A stretch of 64,000 bases of DNA from Candidatus Dadabacteria bacterium. Lineage in GTDB: Bacteria > Desulfobacterota_D > UBA1144 > Nemesobacterales > CSP1-2. The position numbers and the translations under genes were made by a program. The stretch lies in NCBI GenBank assembly GCA_963805855.1, contig CAWDVW010000002.1:352001-416000 (forward strand). Direction: 5' to 3'. Positions 20,493-30,075 of this stretch are shown piece after piece (positions within the stretch are counted from its first letter, which is position 1; every line of letters starts with the position of its first letter). The notes beneath the pieces were generated by a model. It was not told where the DNA came from and made no database searches. It saw only the letters and a program-made list of their open reading frames with translations.

Positions 20493-20690
20493 GATAGCCG
20501 AGGTTTCCAACCTCGGAAAGAATGGGTAGGTCGCGAGTCGCTCCGACAAAGCCTATCGTGAACCCTGCCAAACGGCTCGGGACAGGCCCTTCGGAGCGAA
20601 TATGGGGTTCGGAACCTACTAGAGGTATAATTTATTACCGTGCATCCTGAGCAGAGTCGAAGGATCTTATTATGTTCGCACTTCGACTTA
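20493..20690. repeat. REP-like palindrome cluster between convergent genes
   Basis: gatagccgaggtttccaacctcgg (20493-20516), a gtagg-led palindrome, and a catcctgagcagagtcgaagg unit related to units near 6920, 12480, 23220 and 55830. Confidence 0.55.
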
Positions 20691-22805
20691 CATCCTATAC
20701 CTTCCCCACACTCTCCTAATCACTATGAACAAGGGGATCAGCAGATATAGTGGCGCCGATGTTTTAGCACCAGTAAACGCGATAGAACATCCGCCTCCAC
20801 CTTGTGAGGTGTTATCACTACTATCCAGGTGGTCGAATACCCCATCTCCATCTGAATCAAGAAATTCAAGAGGTGTGCCGATATGCGGATCGACGCTGTC
20901 GGCAAGTCCATCCTCATTCAAGTCTTCGGAGTCATCAAGAAATCCGTCGCCATCTACGTCCATTCCGGTCGTTTCATTTGCATCCGATACTCCATCATTG
21001 TCGGAATCGGTATCGAGGAAGTCCGGTATTCCGTCACTATCTGTATCGGGAAGAGGCAGTACATTAGCAGTCTGATCTTCATCATGCTCATCGTGGAGTC
21101 CATCATTGTCTATATCTACAAAATTATCCGAATAACCATCTCTGTCGATATCATTGGTGCCGCCGCCTTCAAAGTGATCGGGAATTCCATCACCATCTGA
21201 ATCCAGATCGAGTTCGTTAGGAATCCCGTCTCCATCCGGATCATCAGGAATTTCCATCTGCTTGGACCCCGAACTTTTCCGGAGGATTATTTCACTTGAA
21301 GCAGCTTCATCTGTATTGGGTATCCCGTCATTGTCCGAATCAGCATCAAGTGTATTAGGTACTCCATCATGATCTTTATCACCATCACACCAAAATGTAA
21401 CTGTATAGTTTTGACCACCGTTTGGTGTAGCACTGCTTGGGCAAGTGTATAGCCCGCCAGATAATCCACTCGGTCCAGGCGGGCTGGGAGTGTCATCGAA
21501 GGCCCAAGCATAAATTCCACCACCATTTGTATTGTTGCCACATGCCTTTTGGATGTTTTCAATATAGATTGTAGAAGATGTTTGAGTCATTGTGCTGGGA
21601 TTTGTAAAAGACGGCCAAACGGCGGTTCTATTTAGTTCTTTATCACATTCCCCATAAGGGTCGCAGAATACTGCACCTAAGCCGCAAGCAGAGAGGGTGC
21701 ATGTCCCTCCTTTTCCAAATGTAGAGAAGCAATTTCCAACTGGTTGGATAGGTGATATGTGATAGGGGGCGGGATTACAGCCAAGTCTAGCTTCTTCATC
21801 TGAAGTAAAATTTGTGAATGGTGGAATTCCAGGGGAAGCCGCCATATTACTTGGGGACAGGCATGTCCCTATACCCTTATCTGTATCTTTTTTTATTTCC
21901 CATTGATTAGTTGTAGGATTCCAAAGAACTTGATTGTATGGGCATACACTACTATCCAGACTTTTACACTGCCCTCCCGCAACTGTACAATCAGGATTAT
22001 TTGGTTCAATATTTACTCTTAAATTGAAGCCTGCTACCGCACTTACATCATAGTTATCTAAACCTTCACACTTTTTTACTTCTCCCCCCTCAAAAGTGAA
22101 TTCGGCCAGTGTGACTGGCTGAGGCTGTTTACCATTTGTACCACAATTTATTAAACCAGCGCAATCGCCACCCGTACATTCCAGGCTATCTCCTTTTTGT
22201 GTGCAACCGGTACGTGCTGCAAAAGTAGCTGAATCATAACAAAATGGAACAGTAAGACTCCTTGTCTCACCCTTAGGTATTTCCCAAGTTGCACTTCCAT
22301 CATTCCCCCAAGGCGGTGGTCCTTTCCAGTTTGGGTTTGGGTTTTTACATGCGGTATCACCACCTTGAGTGCAACCACAGTCGCCAGTAACAGGTTTCCC
22401 AGCACTACTTGTAGCGCAAAGCAATGGCTGATCTCCACCGTGACCATTATAAGCAGCAATCCAAATTGATTCGGTACCGCAGCTATTGATGAATTTTATA
22501 GTTGATGGAGTTTTGGGAGGAGCAATTACCTGACAGATCATATCTTGATCCGAACCTTTACATGTTGTAAATGTGCACAAATCTTTATAGCTATCGTTGC
22601 AGCTACCGGGATTGCTTTTTGGGCAGCAGAATTGATTTGTACTGCAGCCACTGCAAATTGTTAAATTATTCCCAGAGCATGCCGGAACGGAAGCCGGTTG
22701 TTGACAATCCTGTCCTCTCACGTCAATGTGTCTCTCAACCCATAAAGAAGTAAATAAAACAAGCACAAACAACCCTAAAACTTTAATCCAATTATCTTTA
22801 AACAT
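20688..22805 (-). CDS. Exported thaumatin-domain protein with Asp-rich (TSP3-like) Ca-binding repeats and a GG-Cys-TM-RR C-terminal sorting signal
   Basis: ARTGC, TGGDC, TLAEFT, DNYDVS, YAWAFDD and NYTVTFWC thaumatin motifs, followed by DxDxDG repeats and GGGGCSIA...LYLLIPLFIVIRR. Confidence 0.8.
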   Translation of the reverse strand: MFKDNWIKVLGLFVLVLFTSLWVERHIDVRGQDCQQPASVPACSGNNLTICSGCSTNQFCCPKSNPGSCNDSYKDLCTFTTCKGSDQDMICQVIAPPKTPSTIKFINSCGTESIWIAAYNGHGGDQPLLCATSSAGKPVTGDCGCTQGGDTACKNPNPNWKGPPPWGNDGSATWEIPKGETRSLTVPFCYDSATFAARTGCTQKGDSLECTGGDCAGLINCGTNGKQPQPVTLAEFTFEGGEVKKCEGLDNYDVSAVAGFNLRVNIEPNNPDCTVAGGQCKSLDSSVCPYNQVLWNPTTNQWEIKKDTDKGIGTCLSPSNMAASPGIPPFTNFTSDEEARLGCNPAPYHISPIQPVGNCFSTFGKGGTCTLSACGLGAVFCDPYGECDKELNRTAVWPSFTNPSTMTQTSSTIYIENIQKACGNNTNGGGIYAWAFDDTPSPPGPSGLSGGLYTCPSSATPNGGQNYTVTFWCDGDKDHDGVPNTLDADSDNDGIPNTDEAASSEIILRKSSGSKQMEIPDDPDGDGIPNELDLDSDGDGIPDHFEGGGTNDIDRDGYSDNFVDIDNDGLHDEHDEDQTANVLPLPDTDSDGIPDFLDTDSDNDGVSDANETTGMDVDGDGFLDDSEDLNEDGLADSVDPHIGTPLEFLDSDGDGVFDHLDSSDNTSQGGGGCSIAFTGAKTSAPLYLLIPLFIVIRRVWGRYRM

Positions 22806-23395
22806 AATTGTCCCCCTTGTTTTTGGAAGTTATTAGAGGGTATTTACCTTCAGCTTGAGTTGAGAGGGTGAAGTCAGATACTAAAGCCTTGATAGATCTT
22901 CGAGAATCTTGCCAGCTGTCGCTAAGTTCTCGCCAGTTGATTTTAGGTCATTTTCCATCCATATCCATCTAAACAATTTCTTCGCTAATTATAACCTACG
23001 AATTTCATAAGAGTGAAGAGAGTCTTATTTGTTAAAAATTGTTTCAGCGGAACTTTTGATGCACTTTATTTGAATTGGTTCCGTTCCGCTAGATCTTACC
23101 TGACGGAATTAGCCGAGGAGTTCGTTTTTATCATCGTTCAAAATAACTTCAAACCCAGATAGAAAAAATCGTCGCACATCGCAAGGTCATGAGTCCCCTC
23201 AACTGAACTCGGGACAGGCCATTCGACGGACTCAGGACACGCTTGGCCGTGACATTTGATAAACCGGACAGCAATCCTGATCTTCTGCGCACATAGAGGA
23301 AAAGAACTATCAGACCCCATGTTTCCGGTGCCAAAGTCACTATTTTTGGTGACAGGCTCTCAAATTTTCAGTTAACTTAATACTTAGGTTCAGAA

Positions 23396-23701
23396 ATGGA
23401 ACGGAAATTTAAAAACTTTTCCGAATTTTATCCCCATTACCTCTCCGAACATAGTGATCCGGCGAATCGTAGAATACACTTTCTCGGATGCTTGGCGGTA
23501 ATTATAGTAATTTTCTATTCTCTCCTTACTCAAGTGTGGCTTGCTCTTATTCTTGTTCCTTTAGTTGGTTATGGCTTTGCATGGATCGGCCACTTTTTTA
23601 TAGAAAAGAACAGACCGGCTACGTTTAAACATCCAATCTACAGTCTAATGGGTGAATGGAAAATGTTTTTAGATATTATTACAGGTAGAATCAAATTTTG
23701 A
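23396..23701 (+). CDS. DUF962 / Mpo1-like membrane protein
   Basis: FYPHYLSEH...NRRIHF...GYGFAWIGHFFIEKNRPATF. Confidence 0.9.
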   Translation: MERKFKNFSEFYPHYLSEHSDPANRRIHFLGCLAVIIVIFYSLLTQVWLALILVPLVGYGFAWIGHFFIEKNRPATFKHPIYSLMGEWKMFLDIITGRIKF

Positions 23702-23953
23702 TAAATTCCTTATTTTAGACTTTATAGTGTCCAATAGGCAGCAAATTAATCTATTCCTTAGAAATGTCTGACCTAAAATCATCTTGATATTTATCCATAA
23801 TTTGTAATCTAATATGATTTGATATGATAATCTTAATCCACTAAATTTAAAGGCAATTTGGAAACCCGCGGATTGAATTATTGTGTAAGCGAGTTTATAC
23901 ATTAATTGAACATTTGAACTCACGGCGAAATAGAGTTTAACGAAGATTAAGTA

Positions 23954-24631
23954 ATGATTTCTGGAAGCAATAAAGAAGATGGCGCAAAAGAAACCTTAAT
24001 AATTTTGAAGGAATGTAACGCCATAATTGAGAACGACCACTTCGTCTTCGTTTCCGGTGACCACGGAAGCAGTTGGATTAATAAGGACGCTATCTTTCCT
24101 CACACAAAGTACATTAGCAGGCTTGGGCTACTTTTAGCTGAAGCTATTATGGAATTAAAGCCAGAGGTGATATGCGCTCCCGCGATAGCAGGCATCATTG
24201 TAGCACAGTGGACCGCTTATCATCTTGGGGTTTTATCCGTTTTCGCAGAGCATGACCGATCGAGGCAAAGTGAAGGAGAAGCTGGACAGGGCGGTGTATT
24301 GAGAGCACCCTTTATACTGAAGCGTGGCTACGACAAATTGGTGTCAAACCGCAGGGTAATCGTTGTGGATGATATTATAAATACTGGTTTTTCCGCTTTA
24401 TCCACTGTAGAAGCTGTTTCCAGGTCCGGCGGAACTGTAGTTGCATTAGCTGTCCTAATAAATCGTGGGAATATTCGTGCCAGCGAATTAGGAGTGGATG
24501 AGTTTATCTTTCTCCTTGAATATGACATCCCTGTATGGCCCGCATCGGAATGTAAATTATGCTTGAAAGGGGTGCCGATAAATACCGATTATGGCCACGG
24601 ACGCGAATTTCTCAATGCCAAGTCTCGTTGA
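23954..24631 (+). CDS. Type I phosphoribosyltransferase, orotate PRTase-like
   Basis: HFVFVSGDH, PRPP-binding VVDDIINTG, and C-terminal CxxC-x-G-x-P. Confidence 0.75.
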   Translation: MISGSNKEDGAKETLIILKECNAIIENDHFVFVSGDHGSSWINKDAIFPHTKYISRLGLLLAEAIMELKPEVICAPAIAGIIVAQWTAYHLGVLSVFAEHDRSRQSEGEAGQGGVLRAPFILKRGYDKLVSNRRVIVVDDIINTGFSALSTVEAVSRSGGTVVALAVLINRGNIRASELGVDEFIFLLEYDIPVWPASECKLCLKGVPINTDYGHGREFLNAKSR

Positions 24632-24736
24632 CCCTTCAGGAATGATGAAAATGAAAGTTCGTCTTGGAGCCCATCTCTTTAACCCTAACATGATCAGGAT
24701 CAGGGTTCGGCGAACACATCATTTCCGCGACTATTC

Positions 24737-25084
24737 CTAGACCAAATGATAGATGAGCATAAATATATATTTGAAGTTGGTAATACTTTTCTGCAACTCT
24801 AATTTCGGACTAAGTGAATCCACGCGTGGAGTGAGGCAATCGTTATAAATTTCCGCAATCGCTTTGAATTCGTCAAAGGTTATAAATGCCGGCTCATACA
24901 ACTTAAGGGGCCTAACATTTTTATTGGCGCTTTCAATTCTTATCCTCTCTCCATCCAAAGTGGCTAAAAACCAGCGTTCCGTATCCGGCAAGGGCAATTC
25001 AATCCCGTCTCCAACCTTTACCCTAATTTGATTCCATTCTTCCTGCTTCGAGTCGCTAAAGGCGAGTTTCCTGTCAAATAACAT
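24737..25084 (-). CDS. Hypothetical protein
   Basis: 115-aa ORF with a GGAGGA RBS upstream and no recognised motif. Confidence 0.6.
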   Translation of the reverse strand: MLFDRKLAFSDSKQEEWNQIRVKVGDGIELPLPDTERWFLATLDGERIRIESANKNVRPLKLYEPAFITFDEFKAIAEIYNDCLTPRVDSLSPKLELQKSITNFKYIFMLIYHLV

Positions 25085-25366
25085 CTTTAGTATCCTCCGA
25101 GGTCAAAGATTTCCAAATATAATATATGGTCTGTACTTAAATACTATCAGGTTCCCAAAGAATTGAATATTTTCTTCAAAACTCCATAAAACTTGCAAAC
25201 AATTTTAGCAGATATTGCTCCTGGTTTTTTATTAGCCTTTAGCTGCATCAGACAAGCAATCATTAAGGCTTTATTGGAACCCGATTTTGGATGTGAACTA
25301 AAAACTTGTATAATTTTTTAAATACTCCAATCTTAATCATCAAGAGTCTGAAAAGGGGAAAGCAAG

Positions 25367-26053
25367 ATGACATCAATATTGAGAAGTGAAGGAAAAGACT
25401 TCGAAATACCACCTATAGACCTAAAAGCGCCAAGCAAAAAAGAGACTGCGACATTGGCGCTGGGATGTTTCTGGGGCCCTGATGCGCAGTTTGGTGTCAC
25501 TCCTGGGGTGATAAGAACACGAGTCGGATATGCCGGAGGACAGCAACCCGATCCGACATATTATAATCTCGGTGATCATATTGAGACTGTGCAGATTGAA
25601 TTCGATCCGAAGGTCACCTCGTATCAGGAATTATTAGATATATTTTGGCATAGTCATAATCCACATAAGCCAGGGTGGCTGAGGCAATACATGTCGGCAA
25701 TCTTCTATCACAATAATGCTCAAGAAAATTTAGCGCGGGAAACATTAGACAGAGAGTTTAAACGGACAAATAGAGAGATATTTACAGAGATCATGCCCTA
25801 TACGAAGTTTTACATGGCAGAAGGTTATCATCAGAAATATAATCTCAGGCAGTACCGCGATTTAGTGAAAGAATATATTAAGATTTATCCTGATGAAAAT
25901 GATTTTATAAATTCAACGTCAGCAGCCCGTGTGAATGGCTATGTAACCGGTTACGGCAATTTAAGAGTTCTAGAGGAAGAGATTGAAAGCCTTGGCCTAT
26001 CGGATAAAGGAAATGGAGTGCTGAAAGAAATTGTCTTAAGAGTTTCCAAGTAG
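25367..26053 (+). CDS. msrA: Peptide-methionine (S)-S-oxide reductase
   Basis: GCFWG active site, RVGYAGG and AEGYHQKY. Confidence 0.93.
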   Translation: MTSILRSEGKDFEIPPIDLKAPSKKETATLALGCFWGPDAQFGVTPGVIRTRVGYAGGQQPDPTYYNLGDHIETVQIEFDPKVTSYQELLDIFWHSHNPHKPGWLRQYMSAIFYHNNAQENLARETLDREFKRTNREIFTEIMPYTKFYMAEGYHQKYNLRQYRDLVKEYIKIYPDENDFINSTSAARVNGYVTGYGNLRVLEEEIESLGLSDKGNGVLKEIVLRVSK

Positions 26054-26268
26054 GACTGATATTCAGCTCATTAAAATAAGTATAGTTGGTCTACTCACAC
26101 TTAGATGTAATAGTTATGATTGTTAAAAGTTTGGAAGATCACATAGGCTCCAGGAAAACACAAATCGCGTGTGATTAGCGTACCCCCATTCCATGAAAAT
26201 GACGAACATCTTTCTAATCGGATCTGGATCAACCCGAACTCTTACCCTACTTTAAGTGGAGGACTCGT

Positions 26269-26547
26269 ATGATTGATATTGATAAGGCTTTACATAATCC
26301 CGCAACTGTCTTCGAAACACCGGATGAGGTGCTTAAAGCTGAGGAATTATCTCGAGAACAAAAGATCGAGATACTGAGACGGTGGGAATTTGATGCAAGA
26401 GAGCTTCAGGTAGCTGAAGAAGAAAATATGATTGGTACCAATGCTGATATCTTAGGCCAAATCATGAGGGCACTACTCCAACTTGACGAAAAATCAGAAG
26501 TAGAGCGCCTAGAGCGTTCGACCTCGTCAAAACAAGGTGGCGAGTGA
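26269..26547 (+). CDS. Conserved hypothetical protein
   Basis: GGAGGA RBS. The LSREQKIEILRRWEFDARELQVAEEENM pattern is familiar from small proteins of unknown function. Confidence 0.7.
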   Translation: MIDIDKALHNPATVFETPDEVLKAEELSREQKIEILRRWEFDARELQVAEEENMIGTNADILGQIMRALLQLDEKSEVERLERSTSSKQGGE

Positions 26548-26601
26548 TCAGTGCTGGTATGACGTTTGTTACTCCCTGTCACTTAATGGCTTTTTCTATG
26601 T

Positions 26602-27996
26602 TTGAAACTATATGAGAATGCACGGAGTCAACCAGTGAAGGTAAATACTCTAATTGTTGTTTTTCTACTTTTCTTAGCGGCATGTAGAAGAGATGATCCT
26701 GAAATGATGGATAAGATGGTAAGACACACACTTACCTCCGCCAAAGTTAATATTTTGAAAACACCTGAACCCCGGGATCCTAAACTTGTTGAATTAGGCA
26801 AAAATCTTATGTTCGACAGAATATTGAGCGGTAGGAAGGATATCTCGTGTGCAACCTGTCATCATCCGTCGTTATATACAGGCGATGGGATTTCGCTATC
26901 TATAGGAGTCGGAGGAAAAGGCTTAGGTACAGCCCGCGTGCCGGGTCAAGGCCGGATTTTTAGTACCCGAAATGCCCCAGATTTATTTAACAAAGGCATG
27001 TCTGAGTTTAAAGTAATTAATTGGGATGGTAGCATATCTTTAGCGAAAGAGAAGTTAGAAACCCCCGCAGGAAAAGATCTTCCACCCGGCCTTGATGGTC
27101 CGTTAGCCGCCCAGCATCTATTTGAATTGGCCTCTCGCCGAACAATGCGTGGACAATCCGATGACTCAGTTGCCATCGACAAGACACACAATGAACTGGC
27201 ATCCATTCCCGATGACGATTTCAAGGCAATATGGAAAGCTTATATGACTAGATTAATCGGAGATCCTCCTGGTAAGGGCGGAATCCCCGAATATATAGAA
27301 CTATTTAAAGCTGCTTATCCAAAAGTCGATCTCGCCGAAATTGGGATTCAACACGCTGTCAACGCAATAGCTGCTTGGGAAATAGATACATGGACCTTTA
27401 CAAATTCTCCATTGGATCGCTATTTGTCAGGAGACAACGACGCCCTGACTATAGCACAGAAGCGTGGCGCCCTAATCTTCTATGGAAAAGCACGGTGTTA
27501 CGAATGCCACTCGGGAAACCTATTGACCGACATGAAATATCATAACATTGGAGCACCACAGATTGGTCCCGGAGTTGCGGAAGTAGCTCCACTCGATCTA
27601 GGTCGTGGAAGCATAACCAAGAAACCTGACGACAAATTTAAATTCCGCACCCCACCCCTAAGAAATGTTGCACTAACAGGTCCATGGATGCACTCGGGTG
27701 CATATACAAATCTCGAGGCTGCCGTTCGCCATCATTTAAATCCTAAAGAATCGCTAAGAAATTATGATTCCAGCCAGCTTGATCAACAGTATCAGGATAT
27801 GGTTCATAATAAGGAAATAATCGAGACTGGCGTATTAAACACGGTTGATGGAGTAGTGGCTAATCCAATAAATCTGAGTGACCAAGAATTTTCCGACCTT
27901 ATGGAGTTCCTTCAGTCCCTTACAGACCCGAAAGCGCTTGATCGGTACAATGAAATACCCAAAAAAGTACCCAGTCGCCTCCCGCTATATGACTAG
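26602..27996 (+). CDS. Di-heme cytochrome c peroxidase / MauG family lipoprotein
   Basis: CATCH and CYECH heme motifs, FRTPPLRNVALTGPWMHSG, and an LAAC lipobox. The start may be slightly downstream. Confidence 0.9.
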   Translation: MKLYENARSQPVKVNTLIVVFLLFLAACRRDDPEMMDKMVRHTLTSAKVNILKTPEPRDPKLVELGKNLMFDRILSGRKDISCATCHHPSLYTGDGISLSIGVGGKGLGTARVPGQGRIFSTRNAPDLFNKGMSEFKVINWDGSISLAKEKLETPAGKDLPPGLDGPLAAQHLFELASRRTMRGQSDDSVAIDKTHNELASIPDDDFKAIWKAYMTRLIGDPPGKGGIPEYIELFKAAYPKVDLAEIGIQHAVNAIAAWEIDTWTFTNSPLDRYLSGDNDALTIAQKRGALIFYGKARCYECHSGNLLTDMKYHNIGAPQIGPGVAEVAPLDLGRGSITKKPDDKFKFRTPPLRNVALTGPWMHSGAYTNLEAAVRHHLNPKESLRNYDSSQLDQQYQDMVHNKEIIETGVLNTVDGVVANPINLSDQEFSDLMEFLQSLTDPKALDRYNEIPKKVPSRLPLYD

Positions 27997-28078
27997 ACGG
28001 AAGTCACCCTTGGTTATTCAAATGGATTTATCACCGTCAATTGACAGGAAGGACTGATAAAAGCTTAAAAAATGCAAA

Positions 28079-28106
28079 CGGGGAGAGTAGACATACTCTC
28101 TCCCCG
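28079..28106. terminator. Intrinsic terminator hairpin between convergent genes
   Basis: cggggagag...ctctccccg stem, with a U-rich tail on the minus strand. Confidence 0.7.
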
Positions 28107-28131
28107 GTTATCTTTCATAGAAAGTTAAAAC

Positions 28132-28803
28132 TCACTTTACGAATAGCACCCACGCACCCTGCTCACCTTGAACCTGGCCCTGGAGCTTAACCTCTTCTCT
28201 GCTGGACATGCCTTCAATCTTGGCTATCGATTCTTCGGATCCCTCCAAAGCGTAGACTTGTCCACTTTTTGTCTTTATGACATGCAAATGCGGCTCAAGT
28301 TCATTACACGGTCCACTTGCTACAACCTGTTTAAAGTCTAAAGACTTATAGTTAGGCAGCAAACAGACTATCGTACCTGTGATTTCGGTTTCCTCTGCGG
28401 GCGCTGGTTGTGCCGCTGATGGCGACGCTAGGACCCAGCCTCTGGTATTGCCTTGCACTATCCCTTCAACTGTCTTGGTTTTACTAGGCTGCTTCATCAT
28501 CATCGCGACGTCTTCGGCTGTCCCTTTTATTACATAGGCTTTGCCGTCTTCCCCAATTTCAACCAAGGAACCTTTGCACATTGCTACATCTTCCTTCATC
28601 ATAAGATTCCCCTGATCATCTTCCTCAACGCAATACACCTTCCCGGTAATGGACTCCGTGTCCATCTTGTCCATCTTGTCCATTTTTTTCATCCCTTCAT
28701 CGCCCTGCATTTCACCTTCCTGTGCCATCACCGTATTGGATAAAGAGATTGAAAACATAAATGCAAACATAAGGAACATTAAATACATTATCCCTTTTTT
28801 CAT
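28132..28803 (-). CDS. Exported Met-rich hypothetical protein with an internally duplicated domain
   Basis: Signal peptide ending in VMA, MKKMDKMDKMD, two ITGxxxC...YxxxG repeats, and an AGGAGG RBS. Confidence 0.7.
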   Translation of the reverse strand: MKKGIMYLMFLMFAFMFSISLSNTVMAQEGEMQGDEGMKKMDKMDKMDTESITGKVYCVEEDDQGNLMMKEDVAMCKGSLVEIGEDGKAYVIKGTAEDVAMMMKQPSKTKTVEGIVQGNTRGWVLASPSAAQPAPAEETEITGTIVCLLPNYKSLDFKQVVASGPCNELEPHLHVIKTKSGQVYALEGSEESIAKIEGMSSREEVKLQGQVQGEQGAWVLFVK

Positions 28804-29051
28804 ACTTAACTACCTCCTTGCTTTTAGTTTCTTAATTCAAATTCATTCGACATCTAGCGTTTCGTTATATTATACAGGAAGAAAAACAATTAATGAATAC
28901 CCCCATAGCCTTTCTGTGGTTATCCGGCTGAATCATGGCCCGCAACATAAGCTATACACCTAGTATTATAATTTCAAATATAAACTTATCAAGTATTATA
29001 AAAGTTACAAAAAATAGTATCAATCGCCACTATTTCTATAAAAAGCCGTAC

Positions 29052-29079
29052 TTGTCGTTTTATGAATCGGGTGTATAAT
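29052..29079 (+). promoter_or_regulatory. Sigma70-type promoter of the tRNA locus
   Basis: TTGTCG-N16-TATAAT ending 15 nt upstream of tRNA-Pro. Confidence 0.6.
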
Positions 29080-29094
29080 CTTTTTTCTCATTGT

Positions 29095-29170
<76 letters not shown>

Positions 29171-29177
29171 TTTTCCA

Positions 29178-29314
29178 ATGCAGGATGCAGAAAGAAGGAT
29201 GCAAGATACAGGATTCACGATGCAGGATACAAATATGGAAAAAAGAACGTGGATCGTGAGTCGTGCATCATGCATCAGCATTTACTTATCATGCATCTTG
29301 TATCATGAATCATG
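29178..29314. repeat. Palindromic 7-bp-periodic element, GATnCAn type
   Basis: GATGCAG/GATACAG units, an A-rich spacer, then TGCATCA/TGAATCA units. Confidence 0.85.
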
Positions 29315-29322
29315 GTTTATAG

Positions 29323-29364
29323 GCGCCCATAGCTCGGTTGGATAGAGCAACGGCCTTCTAAGCC
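29323..29364 (+). repeat. att site: 42-bp 5' fragment of tRNA-Arg(TCT)
   Basis: 41/42 identical to 33354-33395. The sequence diverges just after the anticodon loop. Confidence 0.93.
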
Positions 29365-29667
29365 TGTCAGACCTCTTTTCTTAATCCCTGGCAATCATTA
29401 AAAACTCTTCAAACATAAGGGGACTAAGTACGCCTAAATGTTTTAGAATGTGTCGGATAAATTTATTGTGCTAACTGCATTATAGACACCTCAGTAGCAA
29501 ACCCCGTGCTTGCAAGGATAGCCGAATATAAACAACTGATACCCGAGGTGGATTTATTTTTTTACGTAATCTACCGAAAAGATACTCAATTCTCAATACT
29601 CAACAATTAAATCTATTTAGTGTCCAGACAGGTGTCTATGACTCCCATTTATTGGGGGTTATTTTTT

Positions 29668-30075
29668 TTAGGGATTCATACATCTGAATAGTATGAATTG
29701 AAGAGTTTCTTCTGAATGTGGAAAAAATATTTTAAGCATTATGTTAAAAAGTCGATCTTCTTCCCATAAGGGTGGAGTCCGTGAATCTCGAAAATCAAAA
29801 ATTTGCACATTACCACAATGATCACAGGCGTATATTCTTAAGTCATGACCACGGAGCTTACAGGGAAATTTTAATTCAGGATCAATGAGGGAAGCGTTTT
29901 CTTTAATTACCGATTGGATTTGATTTACTTCCTCTAGAAGCATTCCAACATTCGCGGCCGGTACGTGAGGTTTGTGGACGAGGGGTATTGGCAAGAAAGT
30001 TGAAGCGTTGAACGTTCGACTCCAACAGGTTTGAGAGCCGTCAGATGTCCCCTGGCGGCTCAGTTGGCTCGGCAA
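29668..30075 (-). CDS. Hypothetical protein or 5'-truncated remnant with a CDHCG zinc-knuckle
   Basis: IYACDHCGNVQIF motif in AT-rich sequence. Its 5' end runs into the GC-rich block, so the start is doubtful. Confidence 0.3.
   Translation of the reverse strand: MPSQLSRQGTSDGSQTCWSRTFNASTFLPIPLVHKPHVPAANVGMLLEEVNQIQSVIKENASLIDPELKFPCKLRGHDLRIYACDHCGNVQIFDFRDSRTPPLWEEDRLFNIMLKIFFPHSEETLQFILFRCMNP

Noticed and set aside
23170-23295. Possible structured RNA enclosing a repeat unit
   Set aside because: There is only a short bulged long-range stem, with no clear promoter, terminator or known RNA motif. The ORFs here derive from repeat sequence.
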